This document shows, piece after piece, positions 33,791-43,033 of a stretch of 64,000 nucleotides of DNA; the first letter of the stretch is position 1; every line of letters begins with the position of its first letter. The position numbers and the translations under genes were made by a program. Where the stretch lies: positions 128,001 to 192,000 of the forward strand of contig CBFGTS010000003.1 of assembly GCA_965652295.1 (NCBI GenBank). Direction: 5' to 3'. Under the pieces are notes generated by a model. That model saw only the letters and a list, made by a program, of their open reading frames with translations, made no database searches and was not told the DNA's origin. The stretch is from an uncultured Haloferula sp. Lineage in GTDB: Bacteria; Verrucomicrobiota; Verrucomicrobiia; Verrucomicrobiales; Akkermansiaceae.

Positions 33791-34312
33791 TTATCTTGGG
33801 TTCAGCGTATGACACGAGAACGCGGCCGGCGCCGCGTCTCGGAAACAGCGTCGTCCTCTGGAACCCGACGATTGTTGTCGATCGGCGAAAGCAAACCCCG
33901 TCCCACCGGCGTCGTCGATCACATGCTCCGTCCCGCCGAACTTGCACACCGATATCACCCGCGCCCATCTGGCCAGCCAGATTCTCTCGCCGCAGCTCCG
34001 TCCCAGCAGCTCCAACGCGGCGGGCGCGAGAACGGACAGCTGGTTTTTTCCGTCACAATCGAATATGTTCGCCGGAGCGATCCGGATCTGGCGGAAATGT
34101 CCGGAGCCGGAAGGCTCCTCGAGAATCACATGGTCGAGCACTCCGACCCGGTCGGCCAACAGTTTCCTGTTGGAGGTCAGGTGCACGGACGAAAGGAAGC
34201 GGTGGAGCGCGCTCCGGATTGATCGGTCAAGCGCGCCGCGAGCTGCGGCAAGGTCGATTTCACGGTAGAGGAGGCGTACGTCCGCCTCACCCAGCAAAGG
34301 GATTCGTTTCAT
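33791..34312 (-). CDS. Divergent Rnk/GreA-GreB C-domain-like protein
   Basis: DRVGVLDHV and LSVLAPAALELLGR, resembling the ISVLAPLG.ALLG motif. Confidence 0.55.
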   Translation of the reverse strand: MKRIPLLGEADVRLLYREIDLAAARGALDRSIRSALHRFLSSVHLTSNRKLLADRVGVLDHVILEEPSGSGHFRQIRIAPANIFDCDGKNQLSVLAPAALELLGRSCGERIWLARWARVISVCKFGGTEHVIDDAGGTGFAFADRQQSSGSRGRRCFRDAAPAAFSCHTLNPR

Positions 34313-35082
34313 TGGATTGGTCAGAGAGTCGATGTGGCGGCGTTTCAGCAGTCCACCACGAGAAAAACGGGGAACCGGGGACGCCGACGGCCTGTTGGCC
34401 GAGTCAGATCAGGCGTCCCACATGACCCCGGAAGGCCGCCTGCCGACGCCCGGGCGGGCGCGGAAGCACTCTCTTTCGATCCGTTGAAGACATGGCTTGC
34501 CGTCAGTTACTCCGCTTCGGCGCAAAGTCAAATCCGCAAAGTTTTGTGACCGCCTCGCTGCCCAATCACCGCATGCCATCCGGGCTTTCGATGGTTCCGT
34601 CAATTCCGATTGGCGGGACGGACGACAGCAGGAAGCGCTTCCGTGCGTCTGGCTTGGCGACCTTGGCGGTGAAAGGTCCACTTGGTTTGGGCGTTCGCCG
34701 CCAACCTCTCCCGAGAGAGGGGTCCCGTTCGGACTGGCAATCCGCTCCAATCGCCTGTTTCTCCGGAACTCGCAGTCCCAAAATGGAACTACTTTGGCAG
34801 CCCGAAAAAGTCTCGGAACAATCTCCTTGCTATTTCAACGCGGCAAACGACTCTCTTGGACTTTGATGCACCTTTCACACACCAGACCATTCTCTACGGG
34901 ACTTCGTTGGTTGACGAAGCCTTCCCAGGGTTGGTGTGCGCACCGACTCTCGGCCTTTCGGTCATAGGCGGGCGATCTCACGAAGTGGTCTTCTGACCCG
35001 GGATCGCCCGAGGTCGAATTTGTTTTTACCACTTCATGCCCTTCCCGTCGGAAGCGGCACCAACCTGTTTTTGAATCAAGCC

Positions 35083-35493
35083 ATGAAAAGTATCATTCGT
35101 TTGTCTCGGGAAGACCACGCCTGTCTTCGGGATCTTGTCCAAGGCGAACAGCCGGGCGGCCGGCTCAATGCCGACCAAACCCTCAATCTCAAGGCCGTGT
35201 TGAATGTCGCCGAAACCGGCGACAGCCCCGCGCAACTCATCGACCATGTAGGCCTCGAGGACCGCATCACCCTGGTATCGCCAACCGATCCGGACGATGT
35301 CTTCGTCTTGAGCATCGTGCTTCCTTCCGAGGAAGACATTGATTCCGACCGAATTGGAATCGGAAAGCCGGTCGCGCTGGCCTGTCTCGGTCGCCGCCAG
35401 AACGAACTCGTCACTTGGATCGGACCTCAGGGCATCCGTGCCATGAAGATCGTTGAAATCGACAAGGCGGTCGCACCCGCGGCCCTGCTTTGA
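35083..35493 (+). CDS. Rnk/GreA-GreB family protein
   Basis: LSIVLPSEEDIDSDRI...PVALACLG...VTW.GPQG.R.MKI. Confidence 0.75.
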   Translation: MKSIIRLSREDHACLRDLVQGEQPGGRLNADQTLNLKAVLNVAETGDSPAQLIDHVGLEDRITLVSPTDPDDVFVLSIVLPSEEDIDSDRIGIGKPVALACLGRRQNELVTWIGPQGIRAMKIVEIDKAVAPAALL

Positions 35494-35631
35494 GGCAAGA
35501 GAGGCACCGCTGCGATCGCTTCCGGGATCCGCAGCGGTGCCGGATCCCGGCTCACGCGATGAAACGTTTGGCCGTCTTCCGTCTCGGACCGAGCGGATAC
35601 AGCCCCAGGCAGGGTCCCGTCGCTTCCGGCT

Positions 35632-36321
35632 TCATCCCTCGAGCCGACGTCGGTGGTCCTCGTCACCGTGATCAGAATCGGCCTTCCGCGCAAAAGCCCG
35701 GCGCCAGCCTTCGGCCAGTTCCGGTAATTCCGCCAGCTCCCGCGCCAATTCCGGATCAATCCTGGGCGCGAAACGCGCGCCGGTAACTTGGCGCACCGTC
35801 CAGCGAGGATGGCGGCGTTCGACCAGCCGCAGTCGTTCACCCTCCGCGACCTGACCCGGCGTGAGCACCCGATAATACCATCCCGTGCGCAGGCTTTCCT
35901 GCATCCGCCGCGCCATGTCGCCGACGCCTGTGTGGGCGTTTAGCTTCCAACACGGCTGTCGACCTTGGCTCACCTGCACCCGCGCACCACCCAGCTCAAG
36001 GATGTCGCCGATGCACAGGTCGATCTCGGTCACGCCCGAGGTCGACAGGTTCTCCCCGAAATGTCCGGGACCGAAGCGGACTGCAACGGTACCCAACTCG
36101 GCCCGCCACCACAGATAGTGGTCGGTCGGATAATGATGCAGCGCCTTGTCCGGCCCACCATGCACGGCGAGATCCGCCTGTTCGTCCCCTACGATACCCG
36201 TCGTAGAAATCTCAACCCCTCCGGACAAACGTGTTTTGCCGATCGCCGATGGAGGCCGCCCTGACCAGCGCGTTAGGCTTCGACCGGCGAACAGCCCCCT
36301 GACTTCGACTTCAAACATCAT
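35632..36321 (-). CDS. MOSC domain protein (YiiM-like, with 3-alpha tail)
   Basis: GDEQADLAVHGGPDKA, FGENL, SQGRQPCWKL and TGWYYRV. Confidence 0.92.
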   Translation of the reverse strand: MMFEVEVRGLFAGRSLTRWSGRPPSAIGKTRLSGGVEISTTGIVGDEQADLAVHGGPDKALHHYPTDHYLWWRAELGTVAVRFGPGHFGENLSTSGVTEIDLCIGDILELGGARVQVSQGRQPCWKLNAHTGVGDMARRMQESLRTGWYYRVLTPGQVAEGERLRLVERRHPRWTVRQVTGARFAPRIDPELARELAELPELAEGWRRAFARKADSDHGDEDHRRRLEG

Positions 36322-36439
36322 GGGACGATTCTAGCTACAGCAACCCCGACGGACAATCCTCACGCGGTCTCCAACGGACCCCGGGGCCTCTTTGTTTTCC
36401 TCTCTTGTTCACCTTGCCGATACCCACTAAGCGCTGGGC

Positions 36440-37489
36440 ATGTTCAGCGGATGCTCAAGCATTCCAGGTGCCCCGTCGAACACCTCCGCACTGGTGCGCT
36501 GGCTGCTCGGTGTCGCGACGCTGGTATTCCTGATGGTCGTGGTCGGCGGCATCACCCGCATCACCGAGTCGGGTCTTTCCATCACCGAGTGGAAGCCCAT
36601 CACGGGCGCCGTGCCGCCGCTCAGCGAGCAGGCCTGGCTGACGGAGTTCGAGAAATACCAGCGGATCCCCGAGTACCAGGAGATCAGCGGACCGATGGGC
36701 ATGACGCTGGCGGACTTCAAGTTCATCTACTTCTGGGAATGGGTGCATCGCCTGCTCGGCCGTCTCATCGGCCTGGCATTCGCTCTTCCTCTGCTTTGGT
36801 TCTGGGCACAGAAGCGCATCCCTCGAGGATTCAAATTTCGTCTGTTGATCCTTCTCACCCTCGGTGGGCTCCAAGGCGTCGCCGGCTGGTGGATGGTTGC
36901 CTCCGGCCTCACCGAGCGCACCGACGTTAGCCACTACCGTCTCGCCGTCCACCTGCTACTCGCCCTGGCGATCCTGGGAGGGCTGGTTTGGACCGCGCTC
37001 GATCTCCAAATGCTGGCGAAAAGATGGGCCAAGCCCGCCCGGCTGACGGGGTTCGGAGTCACGGTACTGGCCATCCTCTCCATCGAGCTCCTGCTCGGCG
37101 CCTTCACCGCCGGACTCAACGCAGGCTACGTCTCGAACACCTGGCCGCTGATGTACGGGCACTTCTTTCCCCCCGGCATCGAGTGGTCGCTGGAAACCCT
37201 CAAAACCTTTCCGGACCACCCGGTCCTCATCCACTTCCTCCACCGCTGGTGGGCCTGGGTGGTGGTGATCGCGCTCACTGTGCTCGCTCGCCGCGTGCGC
37301 AAGGACCACCGCAAGGCTTCGGTCGCGCTCCACACCGCCTTCGGCACGCAGATCGTCCTCGGCATTGCCACGGTCATGACCACGGTGAACCTCACTCTCG
37401 CGGTCCTGCACCAGGCGGTTGGCGCGCTGGTCGTGATAATCACCGTCTGGTGCGTGCACCTGGCGGGCCGCAGCGCGAACGGCCGATGA
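36440..37489 (+). CDS. ctaA: COX15/CtaA heme A synthase (long type)
   Basis: GGITRITESGLSITEW, WEWVHRLLGR, VSHYRLAVHL, HFLHR and LHQ. Confidence 0.92.
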   Translation: MFSGCSSIPGAPSNTSALVRWLLGVATLVFLMVVVGGITRITESGLSITEWKPITGAVPPLSEQAWLTEFEKYQRIPEYQEISGPMGMTLADFKFIYFWEWVHRLLGRLIGLAFALPLLWFWAQKRIPRGFKFRLLILLTLGGLQGVAGWWMVASGLTERTDVSHYRLAVHLLLALAILGGLVWTALDLQMLAKRWAKPARLTGFGVTVLAILSIELLLGAFTAGLNAGYVSNTWPLMYGHFFPPGIEWSLETLKTFPDHPVLIHFLHRWWAWVVVIALTVLARRVRKDHRKASVALHTAFGTQIVLGIATVMTTVNLTLAVLHQAVGALVVIITVWCVHLAGRSANGR

Positions 37490-37498
37490 GCTCTCGTT

Positions 37499-37960
37499 TC
37501 AGCGTCCCACCCCGTCCCGATACGCCGCGTAGCGCGCCCGCTTTTCGGGTGTGAGTCTGGCGGGATCCAGGCGGTCGTCGGGGATTGCGTTGATCTTCGA
37601 GTGAATCACGTTAGCCATGTCCTCGGCGCAGCGCTTGATATGTTCCGCGTTCTCGCCGGAAAACAGCTCGTCCACCGTTTCGCGGAACAACTCGAGCCAG
37701 CGGTCGAATTGCTCGCGGCCCATCGTTGTCAGAGGAACCAGGCGGGCGTGCTTGCCGATCGGGTCGCCACGGAAGCCGCCGTCGCGGAAAAGCACGGTCT
37801 GCCAGAAGGCATACATTTTCGGCAGGTGCGCGTCCCAGTCGATGGCCGCCACTTCGTCGAAGATGAAGCCGAGAGTGTCGTCGCTACGAACTTTATAGTA
37901 GAAGGTGTCCACCAACCGCACGATCTCGTCGCGGCCCAGGATGTCGGTTTTTTCGCTCAT
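37499..37960 (-). CDS. Group III truncated hemoglobin
   Basis: LVDTFYYKVR.D..LG.IF, DW.AHL.KM..FW, FDRWL.LF and A..MA. Confidence 0.9.
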   Translation of the reverse strand: MSEKTDILGRDEIVRLVDTFYYKVRSDDTLGFIFDEVAAIDWDAHLPKMYAFWQTVLFRDGGFRGDPIGKHARLVPLTTMGREQFDRWLELFRETVDELFSGENAEHIKRCAEDMANVIHSKINAIPDDRLDPARLTPEKRARYAAYRDGVGR

Positions 37961-38268
37961 GAGAAGTCGTGCTCGATGCGGACGATGCGGAACAATCCGC
38001 CCGGCAGCGGCATCAGGGTGTCCCACCAGGTTTTCCCCTCGTGGCGGTAGCGGAGCTGGAGACCGCGCACGGAGCGGGACACGAGCAGCCGGAAGGCCTC
38101 GTCGAGTTGCAGCGGCTCGAGGTTTTCGGCGACGTATCCCGGCGCGTGTTTGGGGATGATCTCGATGATCTCGGTGTGGGTGCCAACGTCGGTGAAGAGC
38201 TGGCGCAGCGTGGCCTCGTCCACTTCGGACTGGTGCAGGTCGGGCAAGGGCGGGGATTCGTCGGACAT
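37957..38268 (-). CDS. Hypothetical protein in the nap operon
   Basis: 103 aa, translationally coupled to the hemoglobin gene. Confidence 0.75.
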   Translation of the reverse strand: MSDESPPLPDLHQSEVDEATLRQLFTDVGTHTEIIEIIPKHAPGYVAENLEPLQLDEAFRLLVSRSVRGLQLRYRHEGKTWWDTLMPLPGGLFRIVRIEHDFS

Positions 38269-38270
38269 GG

Positions 38271-38624
38271 TCAGGCGGGGCGGGTTTCATCGACGGTCCG
38301 CCCGATCATCCCGCCACGGGCCTTTCGTGTGACCAGGAAGACGGCGTTCTTCGGCGCGGGGCAGACGTCGTGGCAGGCGCGGCAGCCGGTGCATTTCTCC
38401 GGATCGACTCGCGGCTTTCCCTGCTCGATGACGATCGCGCCGGGCTCGGGGCAGCGCTCGGAACACACGGAACAGAAGCTGCCCTGCCAGGCAAGGCAGA
38501 AGCGGTCGAGGATGAGGGCGAGTTCATCGCCGCCCGTCTTTGCGACCGGCGGCGGCTGGGAAATTTTTTCGCGACCACGGCCAAGCAGCACGCGGAACAT
38601 GTCACGACGGCTGACTCCGCTCAT
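38271..38624 (-). CDS. 4Fe-4S ferredoxin (NapF/NapG-like)
   Basis: SRRDMF N-terminus; C.....FCSVCSERCP and CTGCRACHDVCP. Confidence 0.85.
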   Translation of the reverse strand: MSGVSRRDMFRVLLGRGREKISQPPPVAKTGGDELALILDRFCLAWQGSFCSVCSERCPEPGAIVIEQGKPRVDPEKCTGCRACHDVCPAPKNAVFLVTRKARGGMIGRTVDETRPA

Positions 38625-39427
38625 GGCTCGGCGACGGGCGGGTGGTTCGGGATGCGCTCGCGATTGTCGAAGCCGGCATCCGGCGCGTGGCACTGCAAGC
38701 AGTTCTGGCGGTCCGGATGGCTGCTGCGAATCGCGTTCGGCCGGGTCGGCCCGTGGCAACTCATGCAGTTCTGCCGCATGAAAATCTGGTGCGGAACGGT
38801 CGGCGGCGCGCCGGGATAAGCGCGACTCCCCGGTCCGGGAGTCTCCAAGCCCATGAAGGCGGAGGCGACGACCAAGTGCTCCTCGTCGGTCAGCCGTCGC
38901 AAGCCGTCAGCCGGCACGTGGCACTGCGTGCAGCTCGTGTAGTAGGGATGACTCAAGGCGGATGGGCGACGACCCGCGATCACCATCGTGGCGTCCGTGT
39001 CGTGGCAGGCCATGCACGAGGCCGAGCTGAGCTGGTCGATCTCGTGCGGCACCGTCGGCGGCGCGCCATTGAAGGCACGGCGGGTGGCTCGTGCCGCGAG
39101 GACTGCGGCAAGCTCTTCTGCGGTGAGAGTCGCTCCGGGTTCACGCTCGTTTCCCACCTGCGGCAGGTTTTCGAGGGTGAAAAACCAGTGCTCGTTGGCG
39201 AGCCAGCCGGTCTCCGGGATTTCCCCGTACTTCGGTGCCGGCGGCAGGCCGGTGGCAGGGGACGGCGGATCGATCGGATACTCCATCTCCGGCGGTTTCG
39301 TATCGGCCGCCGTCTGGCGGATGCCGACAAAAACGCCCGAGACCGCAGCAATGCCGACGCCCAGCAGGATCACCGCGAGCGTCCGCCGGTGCTGCTGGAA
39401 GTAGGCCTCGATGTCGTGCGTGTCCAT
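38621..39427 (-). CDS. napB: NapB-like cytochrome c, tandem-duplicated (four CxxCH)
   Basis: RAFNGAPPTVPH...CMACH...CTQCH, then RAYPGAPPTVPH...CMSCH...CLQCH. Confidence 0.85.
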   Translation of the reverse strand: MDTHDIEAYFQQHRRTLAVILLGVGIAAVSGVFVGIRQTAADTKPPEMEYPIDPPSPATGLPPAPKYGEIPETGWLANEHWFFTLENLPQVGNEREPGATLTAEELAAVLAARATRRAFNGAPPTVPHEIDQLSSASCMACHDTDATMVIAGRRPSALSHPYYTSCTQCHVPADGLRRLTDEEHLVVASAFMGLETPGPGSRAYPGAPPTVPHQIFMRQNCMSCHGPTRPNAIRSSHPDRQNCLQCHAPDAGFDNRERIPNHPPVAEP

Positions 39428-39440
39428 GACTGCAAATCCT

Positions 39441-39582
39441 AACCCCGAATGAACGCGAATGGGCTCGAATGGGGATGACGGTTTGTGGATCTCGTGGATT
39501 CTCTTGAGTAGCTTGCCACGCGAAGGTGGCGAACGACCGGGGTTTCAAAAAAATTCACGTCCATTGGCGTCCATTCGCGGTT
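39441..39582. repeat. REP/MITE-like element with 30-bp imperfect inverted arms built of 10-mers
   Basis: Left arm aaccccgaat-gaacgcgaat-gggctcgaat; reverse complement of right arm aaccgcgaat-ggacgccaat-ggacgtgaat. Confidence 0.7.
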
Positions 39583-39590
39583 GATGCTCC

Positions 39591-41978
39591 TCAGGCCTTG
39601 CGAATGCGCGCGGCGCATTTCTTGTAGTCCGGTTCCTTGGAGATCGGGCAGTGGGCGTCGAGGGTGAGCAGGTTGATCTGGCGGATCTGGTCGAAGAACG
39701 GGACGAACAGGCTGCCGCGCGGCGGACGACCGCGGCCGTTGATCCAGGCGTTCAGCTCAAGCTTCCCGCGGCGGGTGGCGAGGATCACCTTGTCGCCGTT
39801 GCCGATTCCCGCCTCACGGGCGTCGTCGGGGTGAATCTCGACGTAGTTGTTCGGCACCGCACCGCGGAGCTGCGGCACGCGCATCGTCATGGTCCCGGTG
39901 TGCCAGTGCTCAAGCACCCGGCCGGTGCACAGCCAGAACGGAAACTCCTCGTCCGGTTCCTCCGGATGCGCCTCGTACGGACAGAACCAGATCTGGGCGC
40001 GGCCGTCGTGCGTCGTGGAATGATAGAACTCGATGCCGTTGCCCTTTTTCACGAAGGGATCGTCGAACTCGGAGAAGCGGAAGCGGGTTTCGCGGAAAGA
40101 ACCGTCGGATTGCTCGACGACCGGCCAGCGCAGGCCGGTGTGGTCCTTGAGCACGTCGTACGGGGCGAGATGCTTGTGCTTGAGGAAAGTCAGCGGGCGG
40201 TAGTCGTCGTAGAGCGCGCGATCGACGTTGATTTCGTGGAAACGATCGTATTCCCAGACGGGCACTTCGTTTCCTGCATCGTCGGTGAAGCGGAAGATGA
40301 AGTTGCCGTCCTTGTCCTTCATCCCGGGATGACCGAGGTCGTAAAGCCGGCGGGCGATGGCGATGGTCATCCACACGTCCTCGCGCGCTTCGCCGGGCGG
40401 CTCGACCTGCTTGAACCACTGCTGGGTGCGGCGCTCGGAATTGCCGAAGACGCCGTTCTTTTCGACCCACAGCGCGGCGGGCAGAACCAGGTCGGCCAGC
40501 TCGGTGGTGGCGGTCGGATAGACGTCGGAAACGATCAGGAACTTGTCCTCCAGGCCCTTCTTCGCACGGAACAGCTTGTGGAGGTTCGGCAGCGACTGGC
40601 CGGGATTGGTCACCTGGACGAGGATCGTCCTGATGTCGCCACCCTCCGCCGTGGGCGTGCAGAATTTCTCCCACATCAGCACCGTGTGGTGGCCGGGAGT
40701 GGCGTTGATCCGACCTGCGGGAAGGTTCCAGTGCTGCTCGCACTGTTCGCGGTGCTCGGGCTTGGCGACCAGGCGTCCGCCGGGCAGCGCGTGGCACAGC
40801 GTGCCGACCTCGCGCGCGGTGCCGCAGGCGGAGGGCTGGCCGGTCAGGGATGTCGGCGCGTTGCCGGGGGTGCCGAATTTTCCGCTGAGCAAATGGATGC
40901 CGTGGACCAGCCGGTTGATCGCGGTGGCGCGGGTGTGCTGGTTCATGCCCATGCACCAGGTGGAGGTGATCTTCACGTTCGGATCGGCGAAAAGATCGCC
41001 CAACAAGCGAAGCTGCTCGACCGGGAGACCCGAAATCTGACTCACCTTTTCCGGCGTATACTCGGCCACCCGCTCCTTGAAGTCCTCGAAATCGATCGCC
41101 ACGCCGTTCAGGTCGGGCTTCGAAATGTCGGCATCGGCGCGAAAGGCGCAGTGCTTTTCGACGAAGTCCTTGTCCCACGCGCCGCGCTCGATGAGTTGTT
41201 GGGCGATGCAGTTGGCGATCGCCAGGTCGCTCTGCGGGCGGAATTCCATGTAGTGGTCGGCGAACTCGCTGGTGCGGGTGCGGCGCGTGCCGAGGTCGAT
41301 GAGCGTGACCTTTTCGCCACGCGACTTCCGGTCATAGAAACGCGAGAACAGCACCGGGTGCATCTCGGACATGTTGTTTCCCCACAGGATCAGCACGTCG
41401 CAGGCGTCGAAATCGTCGTAGCAACCGGCGGGCTCGTCGACGCCGTAGGTGGAAATGAAGCCGGTCACCGCCGAGGCCATGCACAAGCGGGCGTTCGGCT
41501 CGATGTGGTTGTTCGAGAGCCCGCCTTTCATCAGCTTCTGCGCGGCGTAGCCCTCAGGGATCGTCCACTGGCCGGAGCCGTAGAAAGCGAACTGCCCGGG
41601 CGCGTCCATGATCTTGCGCGCGGCGAGGTCGATCGCCTCATCCCAGGAAATCCGCTCCAGCGCGCCGTTGCGACGCAGCATCGGGTGCTTCAGACGGTCC
41701 TCACCATAGAGGATCCCGCCGACGTGGTAGCCCTTCACGCACAGCAGGCCCTTGTTGACCTCGGCGTCGGGGTGTCCCGCGATGGCGACCACCTTGCCGT
41801 CACGCACGCCGACCTTGACGTGACACCCGGTGCCGCAGAACCGGCAGGGTGCCTTATCCCATCGGATCCCCGCATCGGGCGCATTGACGGGCGCGGCTCC
41901 CGCACGCTGCCCGGCTGCCGCCGTGGCCGCCGCCATCGCCGCCGCCTTGAGAAAGGTTCTTCGCTCAAGCGCTTCCAT
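39591..41978 (-). CDS. napA: Periplasmic nitrate reductase catalytic subunit
   Basis: Tat signal ERRTFLK, CRFCGTGC, LCVKG, NARLCMASA, SLTGQPSACGTAREVG and GRVLEHWHTG. Confidence 0.97.
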   Translation of the reverse strand: MEALERRTFLKAAAMAAATAAAGQRAGAAPVNAPDAGIRWDKAPCRFCGTGCHVKVGVRDGKVVAIAGHPDAEVNKGLLCVKGYHVGGILYGEDRLKHPMLRRNGALERISWDEAIDLAARKIMDAPGQFAFYGSGQWTIPEGYAAQKLMKGGLSNNHIEPNARLCMASAVTGFISTYGVDEPAGCYDDFDACDVLILWGNNMSEMHPVLFSRFYDRKSRGEKVTLIDLGTRRTRTSEFADHYMEFRPQSDLAIANCIAQQLIERGAWDKDFVEKHCAFRADADISKPDLNGVAIDFEDFKERVAEYTPEKVSQISGLPVEQLRLLGDLFADPNVKITSTWCMGMNQHTRATAINRLVHGIHLLSGKFGTPGNAPTSLTGQPSACGTAREVGTLCHALPGGRLVAKPEHREQCEQHWNLPAGRINATPGHHTVLMWEKFCTPTAEGGDIRTILVQVTNPGQSLPNLHKLFRAKKGLEDKFLIVSDVYPTATTELADLVLPAALWVEKNGVFGNSERRTQQWFKQVEPPGEAREDVWMTIAIARRLYDLGHPGMKDKDGNFIFRFTDDAGNEVPVWEYDRFHEINVDRALYDDYRPLTFLKHKHLAPYDVLKDHTGLRWPVVEQSDGSFRETRFRFSEFDDPFVKKGNGIEFYHSTTHDGRAQIWFCPYEAHPEEPDEEFPFWLCTGRVLEHWHTGTMTMRVPQLRGAVPNNYVEIHPDDAREAGIGNGDKVILATRRGKLELNAWINGRGRPPRGSLFVPFFDQIRQINLLTLDAHCPISKEPDYKKCAARIRKA

Positions 41979-41983
41979 TGTCT

Positions 41984-42226
41984 TCAGGTGTTGGGTTCAT
42001 CGAAGCCAACCAGAATCACATCGACCTGATCCACCCCGTGCAGGGATTCCAGCCATCTATGAACCTCCCGCGCCTCTCGGTCGTCGGCCGTGTCCGTCAC
42101 CAACGCCAGCCAACGGTCCTGCCGCTCGCCCCGCTCCAGATCCGGACGTGTGGCGATTCGCTCGCAGGCGTCGGCCGCCAAGGCGGAGTCACAGGAAAGG
42201 GTCACCATCAGGCCGTTGATTGGCAT
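41984..42226 (-). CDS. napD: NapD-like chaperone
   Basis: 80 aa, MPINGLMV...LESLHGV..V; directly before napA. Confidence 0.75.
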   Translation of the reverse strand: MPINGLMVTLSCDSALAADACERIATRPDLERGERQDRWLALVTDTADDREAREVHRWLESLHGVDQVDVILVGFDEPNT

Positions 42227-42271
42227 CGCGTCTTCGGGTTACAGGAAAGGAGTGATCGCTTGAGGAGGCGA

Positions 42272-42303
42272 ATTCAAGAAAAACCTCGTTGTTTTTCTTG
42301 AAT
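42272..42303. promoter_or_regulatory. Perfect 13-6-13 inverted repeat in the nap/cytochrome divergent promoter
   Basis: ATTCAAGAAAAAC-CTCGTT-GTTTTTCTTGAAT. Confidence 0.7.
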
Positions 42304-42385
42304 AGCGGAATCAGATTCACTATCTCCGACTTCAGCCGAGGAATCCCCTCCGGAACCGTCTCGTGCCATCATCGTATTAGACACA

Positions 42386-43033
42386 ATGACTCGCGGCATC
42401 GGCAAGATCGTATTTGGAGGCATCGTTGCCTTCATTGGTCTGTATTTCGTGACCGCCCTGGCATGGACATGGTACACCAGTGAAAAACGAACCGCCGCGG
42501 AAAAGCCGGGGCAACTCACCGTGGCAGCCCCGGCCCTAGGGGAGCCCCATCCCGTCGTGATCCGCCAGCCGGACGGGAAGGTGATGGTCGACAGCGGCCG
42601 TCGCGACAGCCGCGGCGAGCCGATGATGGTGGCCTGCGCGACCTGCCACGACACCCGCCCGCCCGAACCTTCGGTCCACTCCGCTGCCGAACTCGACGAG
42701 TTTCACCAAGGTCTCACCTACGCCCACGGCGAGCTGAGTTGCCTAAGCTGTCACAACGCGGACGACTACGACACCCTCAAACTGGCCAACGGCCAGGCGG
42801 TCGATTTCAGCGCCAGCATGATCCTCTGCGCCCAGTGCCACGGACCGCAATTCCGCGATTACCGGAATGGTAGCCATGGCGGCATGCAGGGCCACTGGGA
42901 CCTGACCCGGGGCGGTCGCAACCGCAACACCTGCATCGATTGCCACGACGCCCATCATCCGGCCTTCCCCCAGGTGATGCCGGTCTTTCCACCCAAGCCC
43001 GAGAAGGGCGAAACCCCAAGCCACCATGAATGA
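42386..43033 (+). CDS. Membrane-anchored tetraheme cytochrome c
   Basis: N-terminal TM helix; CATCH, CLSCH, CAQCH and CIDCH. Confidence 0.9.
   Translation: MTRGIGKIVFGGIVAFIGLYFVTALAWTWYTSEKRTAAEKPGQLTVAAPALGEPHPVVIRQPDGKVMVDSGRRDSRGEPMMVACATCHDTRPPEPSVHSAAELDEFHQGLTYAHGELSCLSCHNADDYDTLKLANGQAVDFSASMILCAQCHGPQFRDYRNGSHGGMQGHWDLTRGGRNRNTCIDCHDAHHPAFPQVMPVFPPKPEKGETPSHHE

Noticed and set aside
34784..34799. Sigma54 -24/-12 promoter TGGAACTACTTTGGCA
   Set aside because: GG-N10-GC spacing fits, but the TTGC element is imperfect and the site is about 280 bp from the next start; too weak.
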